Shown: in pieces, positions 13,049-26,648 of the stretch
Position numbering within the stretch: position 1 is the first letter of the stretch
Layout: every line of letters begins with the position of its first letter
Program-made: the position numbers and the translations under genes
Notes under the pieces: model-generated
The model's input: the letters and a program-made list of their open reading frames with translations, nothing else
Told to the model about the DNA's origin: nothing
Database searches by the model: none
Assembly: GCA_000320545.1 (NCBI GenBank)
Contig: ADNK01001569.1
Span: 1-64,000, forward strand
Source of the DNA: Bigelowiella natans CCMP2755
Taxonomy: Eukaryota; Protista; Cercozoa
Reading direction: 5' to 3'
Length of the DNA: 64,000 nt

Positions 13049-15192
13049 CTATCTTCTATATTTATATATTGCGTCTCTTCCTTTCTGAAACAACTCGAAG
13101 TCTTACAACGAATTCCTAATCTTCGTCAGATCTGCTGCATTGCGTACTCACACACTGAGGTAAATGTCATCATACAGCATAAAAAGTAGTGATGGGCTTC
13201 AACGTAAGGATCTTGGCTCTGATTTTTTTTACAGGAACAAATTTTCACTCTGTGGCACTACTGTAGCGAGATTCTGCCAGCTAAAATGCCTTCGTCAACC
13301 AACAGCAAAACCATCAACAAGTAGTATTAGATGAATGACGAGAGAAAAAGGGAAAAGAACCCATGCTTTTGAAGGATAAATAAACATGAAGATATTGCAT
13401 TGTAACATCTGGAACGAACTAGTTACACTCGAGAGCATAATCACATTTTTTTTTTTATCTTTATCGATCGCTACCGTCATGATTCATCGTAGTATTGACT
13501 TCATCGTAGTAACTTTGATTTGAAATTATTATTCGCTTGATCATCAGATGGCTCCGCGGCCACTTCACGATGCTTGCAATAGAGGAATCGCCGAGCCATC
13601 CTAGCAGCACCGATAACCCCCAAGACCGTGACCTCCTCTCCCCACGACAATATAACTTTCTTTCCAACGGCGGGAAAGTAGGGGGGAGGGGACACAACCA
13701 TGGTGGCGCAGCTGGAACGGCAAATCGGGGCCAAACTGCTGCCTCTGACATGGCAATGGATAGCTCGATAGCAGAGAGAAGGAAGGGAGTGCGAGGAGGC
13801 GATGGGAAGAAAAGGAGGAGGGGTGGGGGGGGAGGGGTGATGAGTCAGCAGATGCGGAAAAGTCCACGAAGCGGCGGCGACGAGAGTTTCGACCATAAGG
13901 ATGGCAGTAGCGATGATTTGAAAAGCAAGCTCGAGTCGCCATATGCGGTGGTGGAAGGAGCCGCAGTAGCGGGGGGAGCAGATCAATCAGAGGTGCCGGC
14001 AAGAAGTAGTAGAAGAAGAAGAAGCCAGCTTGACTATTACCCGATGACGAGAAACAACAACAACAACAACAACTTCAAGAAGACCATACCGATCAGCGGC
14101 GAAACAACATATGCCCTGATACTCTCTTTCAGCTTCCTGGGCATCCTGATCATCCGAGAGGTACACGCCTACCTCCTCCTGCTGGGCCTGGCGCTCATTC
14201 TGGCCGCTATGCACAGCTTCCTTGCGAGTGATGCGGTTATCCGGTCAATCCTGCGTTTGAATATCGTCACTTCCAAGACCAAGTTCAGGCTGCTCACGAA
14301 GACAGGCAGGCTTATCCCTACTACGCAACAGCCACCCGATAATGATAATACGGTGAGAGGGGGGAGGCAGAGATTAGTAGGAGGAGCGGCGAGTCCTCTC
14401 GATGGAGCTTACCGCTACGACCGCAATGACAATCCCCTCTCCCCCCACTCTTTTGACCATGACGGCCCGCATGAAACTCCGAGGCCTGGCGTGATGATGA
14501 TGGGGAAAGATAAAGGCCGGCTCAAGGGTCATGGCCGAACAGCAGGGAACATGTACAATGAGAAAGACGAGGATGAACAGCTTCTCCCACCCTCCCCGCC
14601 CCTCCCCGTTCCCCTTATTCGCACCCATTCCCTATCTTCGTTCACCTCCAACCCATCCAGACCAAGCTCTCCATCATCATCATCAGTGGTGCCGGCCGCT
14701 GCTCCCTACCGTCAAGCACCGCACAGTAACAGTAAAGCCCCTTCATCCTATCAGCATTACAACAACGACACAGCGCCCGACCTGGTAGACGTGCAAATAG
14801 ACGTGTTTCCTTGCAGAGAATTCGTTTCCTCCCCCGCCAATAATCGTCAACATCACCACCAGCAGCCAGACGTTGGGGAGGGGGAGCTTGGAAGTAGCCC
14901 CCCCACAACGAAATCGGCGGCGTTGACGTGTGTAGTCAATTTTGATATATTTGTCGAGGGTGTAAGTGCTAGGTCGTACTGCAAGAGAATGGATAACCAC
15001 AAAGATGGTAATCAGATTATGACAACTGCTGCATCTGCTGCTGATAGTGGGGGCTTCGTTGGTGAGGGCAGTGCAATACAAACCAGTAGCATGAGAAATA
15101 TGATGGAGCCTATACTCAACAAAACAGTCAGGAGAAGGAATAGTCGCAGAAATTATTCGATTTCTGGTAGTATTGCTGAAGGTGATAGCTGA
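12096..15192 (+). CDS. Unknown membrane protein with TBC1D8/9 N-terminal-like segment, two TM helices and long disordered regions; 5' end uncertain
   Basis: Small exons 12810-13320 splice to ESEFFVLQKRKK..KPPYRILTRRKPICCIAYSHTEEQIFTLWHYCSEILPAKMP..INKWLRGHFTMLA and join the long terminal exon 13548-15192 (the 551-aa ORF). That exon contains hydrophobic helices YALILSFSFLGILII and YLLLLGLALILAAMHSFLA. Confidence 0.6.
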
Positions 15193-16168
15193 AATACTGA
15201 TGGTGTGCATACTCGAGAGGTCAATAGAGGAGGAATAGGATTTCAAGAGATGTGAAATTCATATGATGTAACTTCCTGACAAAAATAACTTATTATGTAA
15301 ATAATGCTGCGCATCGTGGTTTTGAATTTCAAAATGGAAGTTGCACGTATGTGTACCTTATTAAGAAATGGGGCGAGAGGCGAGTGGCCTTTAAACAATA
15401 GTATATATCTGGATATAGGCGTTCATCATGCGCTGCTTGTCGCCGCTAGACTGTACTAGCGTAAAGCGCAATATCGACTGATCTAGTGATGTATAGGTAC
15501 ATGTGCCACCGTTAGAACATTACCCCGACCATCGTGCATCGTGCTAGCGGCGCGCTACGCGCACGTAAGGGATCTAAATTTTAGTGAAATGACAGTACTT
15601 CTACTAGCTAGCTAGGCATATATTGCCGCATTGCACCCACTTGCTTTAACGATATACACACAAACATGCATATGTTATATGCAGATCTAGTTTATAATGT
15701 TGAATTCTGTAGCACAATCGACTGCGCACACAATGCTGCGTAATTGAGCTAGTGAGCCTCGATGCGAGGTCGTGAATCCACTTAGCTGTGCAGTAACTAT
15801 TGCTTGTACGCATGCGATTCAAAATATGCCTAGTTGTGCCATTGCATTGTGTGCGCTGTGGGGCGTGTGCATGTCAAAGCTAGAAAGGCTACTTGACTAG
15901 TGTAGCAAGCTGCTGCCTTGCTCGCTTGGCTGGAGCAGACGTACAGATATCGGATGCCGATTTACGTCTACGGCTGTATCTAGGCGTATACCATGTCTAC
16001 CAACACCATGGCGCAGCGTTGATTTAAGGGATTCCTTATCCATAGATCTTAGTTCAAATAATTGTGGTACAAAAACATAATCTTGTCTTCTCAGTGGTCT
16101 ATGCACTACAGCATATACATGCAATATAATAATCATCTTACACATAGAGATAGCATTCTTAGTGCGGC

Positions 16169-18217
16169 TCAGACATGTCTCTCCTCACTCCCTGCCTCAA
16201 CTTTCTTCTGCTCCTTCCTTTTGTTCGGGTTTCGACTGGATAGCGCTATTTCTATGATATCCGAGGCAAACAATGCTGAAATTACGCCACAAAGATAGGA
16301 ATCTTCCCGTAACCCCATGCCCACTTCTATCTACGGAAGGGTCCCTTCCGCAGAGTAGAAGACATATTCGCAAGAATTAAAATGGGAAACTCTGTTCGGA
16401 TATGATGCTACCTACCTACACCACTGGAGATGTTGACGGCCATTTTGGAGCTCCCCCCACGCACAACGGAAGCAGGTCTTGCCGCTTCGGATTGTGAGGG
16501 GGTAATCCTATCACCTGGACTCCCACAGGGATTCTCAAAATTGCCGAACGGATTAGCCTCGGAGTGGTTCTTGCGATGAAGCTTCACATCTACGATCTAC
16601 AATGCAATGTTGCGAAAGAGGTATATTATTTTCCTACTAGTTGCCATCTGAAAATATAGCGTGTTTCCTTTCTTCTGCGAGATTTGTAGCAAGTTTAATT
16701 CAAACTCATCCTGCTTGACGATGTAAATTCTATTTCATAACTATGTATATAAAGCAGGGAAGCGACCTCTTTATTGTGCTGAAAAGGAACACCATGCTCT
16801 GCCACATCCAATCCAAGCTTTTCAGCACGTGGAGACACGCGGAGGATTCCCGCCCACTGAAGAGGAAAGAAAATCAACGATGCTGTACCCAAGCTCCAAG
16901 CCATGATGCACAAAATGCCAATGAGCTGATTGCGAAACTGGTTTCCCGACTTCAGCGCGTTGTTATCAAAGCCGTATGCACGGAGAATGTTCACCCGTGT
17001 GGCAAACATCCCGACTGCGAGATTAATGATAATGGTGTGAGAATATGGCGGGGCTAAAAAGCTGTAACGGGAGAATTTAGGTATGTGTGTGAATGCATAC
17101 CCGAGTGTGTGCTTTCTACCAGTATTGAAAAGGTGAAATGGACGCATTATAGTGTGTGAGTGTGTGTGCTTTCGTAGACCTGCCAAACACCCCCACGTTC
17201 CAGAAGCGCCATGCACAGCAAATGCATCAAGTGGGTCATCAACTAGGTGTGGGGTTGGAATAGAAAGGGATTGACATAGAATGAATGCAATAGTAAGAAC
17301 CACTTATATTCAGGGTCCATCATGTTCATTTTGCATGAAAAGGGGAGAGGGGTAAGAGCGAAGACGTTTGGCCGAAGTATACAACCCTCCCTTTTTCATC
17401 TACCTCTACCTTTCATCATCTTGACTGTAGCTGAGGCACCTAAGTAAAAAAAAGAGCCAACAACTCCGATGACAATTGCGGACCATGGATGGACAACCTA
17501 AACGATGATGATTAAATGTTCAATTTCGAAAAGAGTAGTAGGAGTCGTGTCTACAAAGATGATGGGAAGAAACACTTATGTGAGAAGATATAAAGATCAG
17601 CCACTATGATTATTTGCGAATAAGCAGTGGTAGTACCGCACATCCTGCGGTGATAGAAACCAAGCCAGCGAGTAAGCCGTTCAGGCAAAACGCCTTTAAA
17701 ACAACAATTCTGAGAACAAATCTATGAACACAAGTATCTTGGAAATATGCCAACATCTTCTCTCTATGGGATGGAGAGGAAAATGTCACATCGTATTACA
17801 TTTTCAAAGCTACCACTCCCCTACCACCTATCTTCTTATTCCTGTTTCTATCTTTTGGTATCTGAGCTGCTATTTGTTGATAGTATAGTGGCAGAGGACA
17901 GAAGACCAGGTCATAATATCCTTGGGATAACTTCGAATAGATTGCTGCACAAAGATAAATAGAGAAGAAGATGATTCAGTAGGATAAAGAAGAAAGGATT
18001 TGATGCGTTAACTCGCGCATATACGAGAGCATCGATTTTTGGTCTCTGTAGGTGTAAATTCTAGAGTCAGAATTTCATGGGTACAACCATTTTATAATGC
18101 ATTATCTAACACCTCAGCAATAAGGACATTTCATCATTAGAGCAGAAATCACTATATTCTTTCCCTTATTTTCTCCCATTGAAAGAAATTACAGAAATAA
18201 AATGGGATAGACAGTCG

Positions 18218-18260
<43 letters not shown>

Positions 18261-20251
18261 ACAAAATTTCTTCCAAATATTGCTCTCCTGGATTATAACT
18301 GGTAGAACCAGGTACTTGTGGTAATGGCCGCAGAAGAAGCTGCCAGCGTCGTATTCACAGCGACCTGTGCAAAAGAGACTAGTCCCTTGAATACTAGGTT
18401 TTGATGTGTGGTGCTTTGGTTTATATCATATCATATGCCTCTCATACCCTTCCAGCGACATAAATCGCTCCTCCAGTTCCAGCAGCGAGTGTAGACCCAC
18501 AGTTGAACCCATACCTTGACCACGATGACGGCAGCAGGGAGGGCGGGGGAGATTACAAGCAGAATCACGAACAGTAGGAACAAGCACTAGTGTTGATAAG
18601 TGTTGATATAGTGAACGATTAGGCTTAGAAATCTAGAAATCAATGAATAGCTTTGTTTATATAACAGCTAGTAGTAGATGATCTTATCAGTCATTTATAA
18701 GCTACCTCTACTACTTCTACAGCTACTACTACTACTACTACTACTACTACCAGCCAAACCAAAGAATAGACACCCCAAGCGAGCAAAGAAGCTCATTGGA
18801 TCCCTTAAATTGAGCTTTTACATTATCTCTTGCTCCAAAGAAGCCTTTTCTCGGCCCAATGGCTATGGCTGCTATAAGAGCAGAATAGCCACCAACCATG
18901 TGTACGACCTAGTATGTTATCGAGAGCCAACGTTAATGCTTTATGTCTGCATTTTGATAAAGTATAGGTGCTTCTTTATGAATGAATGGATATCAGGAAA
19001 ATTTGTCACATCACTCCTCTGAGCTGCAGGTGTTGGAATCGTAAAAATTATGGACGTTAATGTTCCCTATTACGAATCGGAAAAGTCTCGATGAAACGAG
19101 CAAGTGCAGTTGTATTGTTAAAAGAAGTCAAGGTCAAAAATCACCCCTGAGCCAGCGAAGTCCAGGAAGCCATTTTCCTTTAGAAATCTCTCACCGTCAT
19201 TGTCGGAGTAAAATGCTGACAGGAACCCAGAGGGCGACCAGACCCAATGGGCGACCACCTGACAATGAAGGGGGTGGGGGGGACACGATGAAAGTTCCTT
19301 TCGTGAAATGTGTTTAGTAGCTTCTTTATGTTATTAGTCAATCTAAATGTTCCATACTGCTGCTGGGGGTATGGCTGACAAAAGCTATTTAGTCAATGCG
19401 ATTTGTCTACCAAATGCACTTACTCTCTGCTTTCTTAGGCTGTATTGCTGCTCAGCACATTCCCCATTAGTAGTACTACTACTCTCTACAACCGATGTGC
19501 TTTATACTCTTCATACCGGATATACGAACGAAGTAAGAACGAAAGTGTACGTCAAATAGCCTTCCACCCTGCATCGCTCTGCAACCGCACCGGAAACGAT
19601 TGTCGCGGCAGCAGAAGCGAAGGTCCAATGGAAGAAGAAAAGGTAGAACGGGGAATCGTCTTGGTCGTAAAGAGCTAGGGCGAAGTTGCTTGCACCGATA
19701 AACTCAATATCGTTTCTGGTGTCCCCTGAGGCTATATTCTGGTTTCTACCAATCGCGAAGGGAAAACCGAGGAGGTAGAAAGCAATACCACCGACCGCAG
19801 CATCCATAAGATTTTTGAACAGAATGTTGTTAGTGTTCTTTGGCCGAACACTTCCGGACTCTAACATTGCGAATCCAGCTTGCATCCCTGATTGTGAAAA
19901 TCACGGTGTCATTAGGTATAAAGCTTGCTGATGTTGCACAGTATTTCGACTCCTGGTACACGTCAAATGCATGGAGAATTTCAGCTTAGAATAGGTCCAT
20001 GTCAAAGCTGATGGTTCGTTTACTTGTACTATTCATAGATATGTGAAAGTAAACTTACAGAAAACCATAAACCCACAGATCAAGATCCATAGAGTGTCTG
20101 TGACTTTATTCAGGCCTTCAACATCGGTGCTTGTTGCCATTGATATGTCAGCTGCATCTGCGACTCCTGTAGCATTCACGCAGAGATACTTAAATCCAGA
20201 AGCTCCATCCGAGGAGGTGCTGGCGTAGATGCACGTGGTTGACGAAGACAT
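16169..20251 (-). CDS. AMT: Ammonium transporter (Amt/Mep family, AMT1-like); multi-exon
   Basis: [151 protein letters not shown]. Both pore histidines are present. About 90-100 aa hydrophilic C-tail ends ...EERHV* (16169); tail exon structure is slightly uncertain. Confidence 0.95.
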
Positions 20252-20799
20252 AAAAAGGAAATGTTATGGGACAGCACGGCTGCCTGATGGGGTTCCAGGG
20301 ATTATAGCTACTATGTGCACAAAAGGTAGCTTGCCGTGCGACTCGCCGTCAGAATAAGAAATGCCCTTTTTCACCATCGTAGGATAAAACCGGCAGTCGA
20401 GGTAACTGCACATCATGCTCGCCGATTGAGAGATGACGTAGCCGTACTTGAATCTGTATTTTGTTCTGCGACAAGGTCATTTCTTTGTCGCAAGATAAAA
20501 TCCACTGTTATTTTAACTGAAATTAACGCTATTTGATGGGCGTCATCCCATCAATCCCATCAAACGTTGCTGTACCATTGCGCGGAAACACGACGTAGAA
20601 ACGCTGGTAACGTGTTACAGTTTCCGCACTGGGTAGTCTGTCTGTAGACCATACAATTGGATAGATCCGACGAATCTTCAATTCGGAGCAGGGAAAAGTC
20701 ACGCCCAAACCTTCACCCTGAATTGGCCTCCAACCGTTTATTATCGGAGGCTGTGTTTTTAGTCAGAATCCTTGGATCTAAGCGAGCGCCAAGTTCCTG
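20252..20799. promoter_or_regulatory. Putative bidirectional promoter between AMT (-) and PH-cNMP-RGS (+)
   Basis: About 550 bp between two divergent ATGs, free of microsatellites. Contains an inverted/direct repeat TTGATGGG..CCCATCAA..CCCATCAA at 20533-20563. Confidence 0.5.
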
Positions 20800-21710
20800 A
20801 TGGGCTGTAAAGTCTCACTCACGAACGATTATAGCCGTGAGTTTTACTTCGAGCTTAGGTTTGTTGGTCATCACGAGAAAGAGAGGGGTATGAGCTTAAA
20901 CCTAAAAATCCTGTCTTTCAAATAGGGATGACAACGGCAAACCGATTCCACAGTTCAAGTGCAAACTAGATCCAGAGGCCAAGATTATTCTTGATGCGTC
21001 TTCTTTAGTCCCCTTCAGACTCTACACTCTAGAAATGACGGGAAAAGGCGAAGGCATTGGCTCGCAAAATCATATAAAGTTCTATGCATGGCAACAACCA
21101 AATATGTGGAAAGTCGGTGCGTCACGGCTGCGAAAGACTTCAACGGCCTCGATACTTCATTTTAAGGAAGGCCAATTCCTCGTTAGAAAGGTCGTTGTCT
21201 TTTCTGGGAGCGTTTCATATCCTAAATTATCCCTTTTCACTATCCCTATCACGTATCATTGGATCTATGATTTGCAATTCTTAATTAATAGATTTATCAT
21301 TCTTAGATTCTTCCAGGAGTCCGAATAGCTGATCGCGAAAGCTACGGAGTGTTGTACCGTAGATGTTTTGCTGCAAATGAACTAGTTACATATCTTCTTC
21401 TGAATCATGTTGTTAAGAGGTAATTCCATTTGTATTTATCCATAAGAGCATGTGAGCATGTTACTTGAGCTTTTCTCTCACAGCTAAGAACTTGCCTATC
21501 GACACGCTAACTCAGTCCCGGAAAGGCCGTGGAATTATGCCAACGTCTCTGCGATATGCATGTATTTATTCATGTTACAGCGCGACAGGAGTTTAGCATC
21601 AGCTTTCTCCTCTTACAACTGAACGAAAAACATCCTTTCGTCGGAGGTAGCAGCACATCGGTATTAATAAAAAATTACATGCCTAGATGTAACTTATATC
21701 ACACACACAT

Positions 21711-21743
<33 letters not shown>

Positions 21744-22559
21744 CACACACCAACCCAAACATGCAAACAAACAAAGCAACACATATTGTTGTACCAGTTG
21801 AAGTTTCATTGATACGGATTCTACTCTTCATATAATGATCCTTTATGTCCGAAGGAATTGGGCATTTACAGCGCAGCGCTCAGACGATGGATGAAAGCAC
21901 TCTTTATCGATTTGCCTTACGACTTGACACATGCTCAACACAACTCTCCCTCTTGAATAAGGTACTTCTAAACGTGACGAGGGGAGTATGACCGTTTTTC
22001 TGTGTAAATTGAAGATGGTGTAGTGTTCGTTCTTTCCCTAGAAGTCCTTCCGTTGTCACAACTTTTTCCATTGCAAATCGTATTTGCGAATTTACAGGCG
22101 ATGGAGGGGTGGTTGGCAAAAAAAGGAGCATTGAGCTATAGTGTGAAGTTCTACCGCATTCTACCGTTGGAAGAAAGAGACTACGAGGAGAAGCATAACC
22201 ATGACTCTCAGAAGAAACGCTTTGAGCTTGCTTGCTTTGAGGACGAGGTTTACGTTTTAAATCTTTTAAGTATATACCAACGCTTCGAGACGTTTGCTAT
22301 CCGCACACTTCGATGAGTGTCGTTATGATAGTTGTTGCACATGACCATCATCATCTCATTTTCAGGTTTCTCTAAAGCCACTGCATCGCATTCCTATGAA
22401 CGATGTGGAGATGATTATTGGGGATCTTACCAAGCGACTGATAACTGTGGAGTATTACAGCTCAAATTCGAACAAAAAAAAGAAACTTGTGCTGAAGTGT
22501 TCAAACAACGAGATATGGTTCAGGTTGAAATTTTAATACAATGGCAATGTGCCGTGCAG

Positions 22560-22598
<39 letters not shown>

Positions 22599-24223
22599 AT
22601 CCCTCATCTAACATGGAAATACTGAAATGCGAATATTCTTCCCCACCGTGGATCCCGTCCGTCAAATCACAACTCAAAGCTTATCGCATTTGTTATTAAT
22701 TTGATGTTTAAGATGGTCAATCATACTCAAGAAATTCGCAAAGAAGCTTACACCGTACGACACCTTGGCAAAAACCGGACTTCGATGCGCTCTTTCTGAA
22801 AAAGCTTTGAAGCACCTAGCAAAGCATGTATCTAAAAAGAAGATCAAAAAGGGCACCTGCCTAGCGAAAAAGGGAGAGGTAATGTCAGAACACAAATGTC
22901 AATGATTGATAGTGATGGTGGAGGCGGTGCAGCTTCTTTCTTGAGAGAGCCCATAATTCTTTGTTGAGGGAGCTGGTACACATTCTTTGAATCGTATCAT
23001 GGCATCTTGATTTCGAACGGCATCACACTCACACTTCGCCTCCTTCTTCCTAATGATCCCCATAGGTCCCCAAAGAGTTTATTATTGTGTCCAAGGGTTC
23101 TCTTGGTATTTTCGTTCCGAATAACAGCAGTAGCAAAGGCGGTGACAACGATGATGACTCAAAGGAGACTAAAAGGGCGCCTATCTCATCGTCTAATCGA
23201 GTGTTAGTTTCGAAGCGCAACGCATGCGACGTTTTCGGAGAGAGCATGTTTATGTCCCATCCTAACCCGTACCGCTCATGTGAAGCTTTGGAGGATTCTG
23301 AGGTTTATACGCATCATCATCAACGATCATCATCACTTGATAGATTCCACCCTAAAACGATATGAAGCCAAAATGCTCACGGTTTCCAAAGGTTTTGGCA
23401 CTCGGGGCTAGAGCACTTGAGCAATTTCTGGGGAAGTTTGCGGAGGCTCGGCGGCAACTCACGGGATTGTTTGAGTCTAAGATCTCTGAGAGTATCGAGG
23501 TAGGTTGACTATGATAATGACGAGGAAGATGGTCTTTGAAATGATAACATTCATCCAGAAAGCTTTGTTTCCGTTGTGGATATAAAGTATATTGCGTCAG
23601 TCGGGGACATCAAATATGTTAATTTTGCTGTTTTAATTTGAACATACTTCTGCACACATGGTGATTAATGATCAGATGGTCTCAATCTTCAAAAACCTTC
23701 CGCTAGCTCATAAGCAACAATTGCGTCTATGTTTCAACTACTCCAACTTCATCAAAGGAGAAACGATTTTCGAGGAAAAAAAACATGGATCAAGCATGTA
23801 CATTGTCGTTGAAGGAGAGGTGGGTAGAATCATGAAGCTTTCCTTTGCCCATACCGTATCGCACGCACAAGTGGTGGCGTAGAGTTGTATATTCCCATCG
23901 TGTTTGTCGGAATTATAAAGCACACACGTACACCACTGAAGATATGTGCTTCATGGTAGAATAAAAGTTGTGTTGTGGTTGTTAGTTGTAGTCATAATAG
24001 TAGCCATGCCTAAGGGTTTCTCTTGGAAAAGAAGTGTCAATTAAAACACAATCATTTCCCTAAGAGTGAGTATGTTTTGAGTGCAGCCTGTATATCGTAT
24101 GTCCATGCGTGTGTGTATGTGTATGTTATGACATACAAATGCAAGAAGATTCAAACTTCCTACTAATTTCTCATCACACTACATGTACAATATTTCACTA
24201 AAACGATTCGAAGCAATCATTTG

Positions 24224-24262
<39 letters not shown>

Positions 24263-25991
24263 GTTGAAGCGACGTATTTCGATAGTCAGGATGGGGTGGA
24301 AATGTACGTGAATCGCTATGACAAAGGATCTGTGTTCGGAGAGATGCAGGTTATTCAGCCTGGATCTCGGACAAATACCATGAAGGCAGTGTCAGATTCA
24401 CTTCTTTTAGAGATACAATCGAAGGATTTTCACGCAATTACAAATCTGCTAAAGATCAAACACATCAAACTGATGGGCAATAAGATTGCTGACGCCCTTT
24501 GCTATTGCGAGCTGTTCTCAGCTCTTCCAAAGGAAGATCTAGCAGACATCACGAATGAGTGAGTATTCGATAGCGAAAATGGGGAGCAGTGAAACGATGA
24601 TGAAAGTGAGATAGTGGAAGAAGGGCGGACAATTTCTTACGTAGTTTTTTGTTGTTTATAGACACGGATTCTTACAATGCTTCGAGGCTGAGGAGGTTAT
24701 CTTCAAGCAGGGTGAAGTTGGCGAGAGGTCTTCCACATACATTCCACATGTAATGATAGGTGCAGCAGTCGATTCAATTTATAATAATTTCGAGGACGCT
24801 GCCTTGATTAGTCTTGATATCGTAGTTTGGACTGTTTGGAAATAGGTTTTATCTTATTCTCACCGGAGAACTCGAGGTTTTCATCGATGACCAGGTCGTT
24901 AATCAATTGGGCCCGGGGGAATTCTTTGGCGAAATTGCGCTGGCTGTGAAGCATATGACAAGTAAGATAAAAAGAAGAAGGAAATTAAGAAGAAAGGGGA
25001 GAAATAGGAGGAAGGGAAAAACATAAAAAGAGAGCTAGGCTATTCTAATTTGAGCAGTTCATGACAATTAATGGAATGTAAACAAATTCAGGATCAATCA
25101 ACCCATCGCCATCGTCACAATCATCATTATCATCACTGTATAAAGATAGCATATTAATTAATCACATTGTGAACGGTTTGAAAGTAGAATCGCCTGATGA
25201 TCAGCATTAACGACTCTCCGCTACCATCAGGAACCGCGACGGTAAAATGCTTGACATCTACGTTTCTTTTTGTAATCGAGAAGTCTAGCTTCAAGAAGCT
25301 GTTCTTGAAAAAGTCAAAGGCTAATGTGTCTATCATCGAGCTACGCATTGCTGGCGATGCATGTGACCTCCGCTCCATAATCTACCACCCCAAAGGATAC
25401 CTTTTCTTTGAGAATTTTCTCGAGACAAAAGACCGAGGCAGCATGCTTAGATTTTGGGATGATTGCCGAAAGTTCCGCCTTTGGGCTGCAACGAAGGATC
25501 TATTAGACAACGGGTCGCAAGTTGTGACTAAACGCGCTAAGGAAATCTATGATAAATACGAGAAAGAGGAAATGCTTGGGCAGCTGCAGTTGTCTGACTA
25601 CAAGGGTATTAAAGAGGATATCACCAATGGCGATGCCGACGCATTAACCTTTTGTACGGTTGAGAAAGAGATCATGTCACAGATGTCCGATATGTACTTA
25701 GAGAGCTTCAAAGCGAGCACCTTCTTCCTACGTTTAATGAATACCGTCGCAGGAAGTTATAGAGTGGATTCGGATATAAAGAAGATGTACGTTAGCCGTC
25801 ATTCAAGAAACACCCGCTCGCATATGTCAATATCGGGTATTATTCCTCCTCAGCTGGGAAGTGCCGCTTATGCTAACCAGCATCGCGCCAGAAATCTGTC
25901 AAGCACATCATTTGGATTGAGATCTATGAATTCACGCACCTCACTCGGTACTAATTCTGTGGTAAATAAGGCAGATAGCATTGTTGACTAG
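20800..25991 (+). CDS. Putative acylated PH + three cyclic-nucleotide-binding domains + RGS (regulator of G-protein signalling) protein; multi-exon
   Basis: ATG 20800 gives MGCKVS (G2/C3/S6). PH-like: MEGWLAKKG...LVLKCSNNEIWFRWSIIL. cNMP1: FIIVSKGSL..DVFGE. cNMP2: GETIFEE..GSSMYIVVEGEV..GSVFGEM..SRTNTMKA. cNMP3: EVIFKQGEVGERFYLILTGELEV..LGPGEFFGEIAL..RTATVKC. RGS: LRSIIYHPKGYLFFENFL..MLRFWDDCRKFR..RAKEIYDKY..MYLESFKASTFF. The link between the first exons and the PH exon is not fully resolved. Confidence 0.8.
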
Positions 25992-26648
25992 CAGAATGTC
26001 GAGTGAGATTAGTTGTACTGTTAGAGTACACCGTTTCGTTACAAGGCGCTGCCAAGCTAGCTAGTTAGCCATGATAGTTGTGTACGCAAACAAGCTAGCA
26101 AGGCTAGATTTTCAAATTTTATAAAAAGCGAGTATTTCGTCTTGTAATGCGTTGTCATGAGCACTAGCTAGCTAGAGCACATTACGATTTTCATGGCAAG
26201 CAGCGATTCAGAACTAAAATCTCGCTGTTGAAGCATTGCAATTACACATGTTTCTGTATATTCACATAGTCATCGATGATCATACTTCTGCGATCTAGCC
26301 AGCTACGCTAGCTATGTGTGTCTACAAGCTGTGTGCAATGAGCTGCATTGTCGATGGCAGCGGCATGGCAGCAGTAATGATAAATTATTCAAAAGTGTTA
26401 TATGTCTGCTAGGTGTATGTCGTCAGATGTGGTTTTAGGTTTCCTTCGATATATAGTTTATTAGGTGTAGCATCTGCGATGGAGCATCCTAGAGTACAAG
26501 TGACTGATTGCGTACGCAGCACCATGTACAGCGCATTAATAACATGGGCAGACTAGACCAATATCTAGATATGGCGACACGATACGATATACTTAACTTC
26601 ATAATTTTTATGAAATGATTCAGTTATTACACGTACGTAGTCGAACTA

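Noticed and set aside
13501-15246. Several long antisense ORFs over the 551-aa ORF
   Set aside because: These are shadow ORFs of a GC-richer coding exon with no recognisable motifs.
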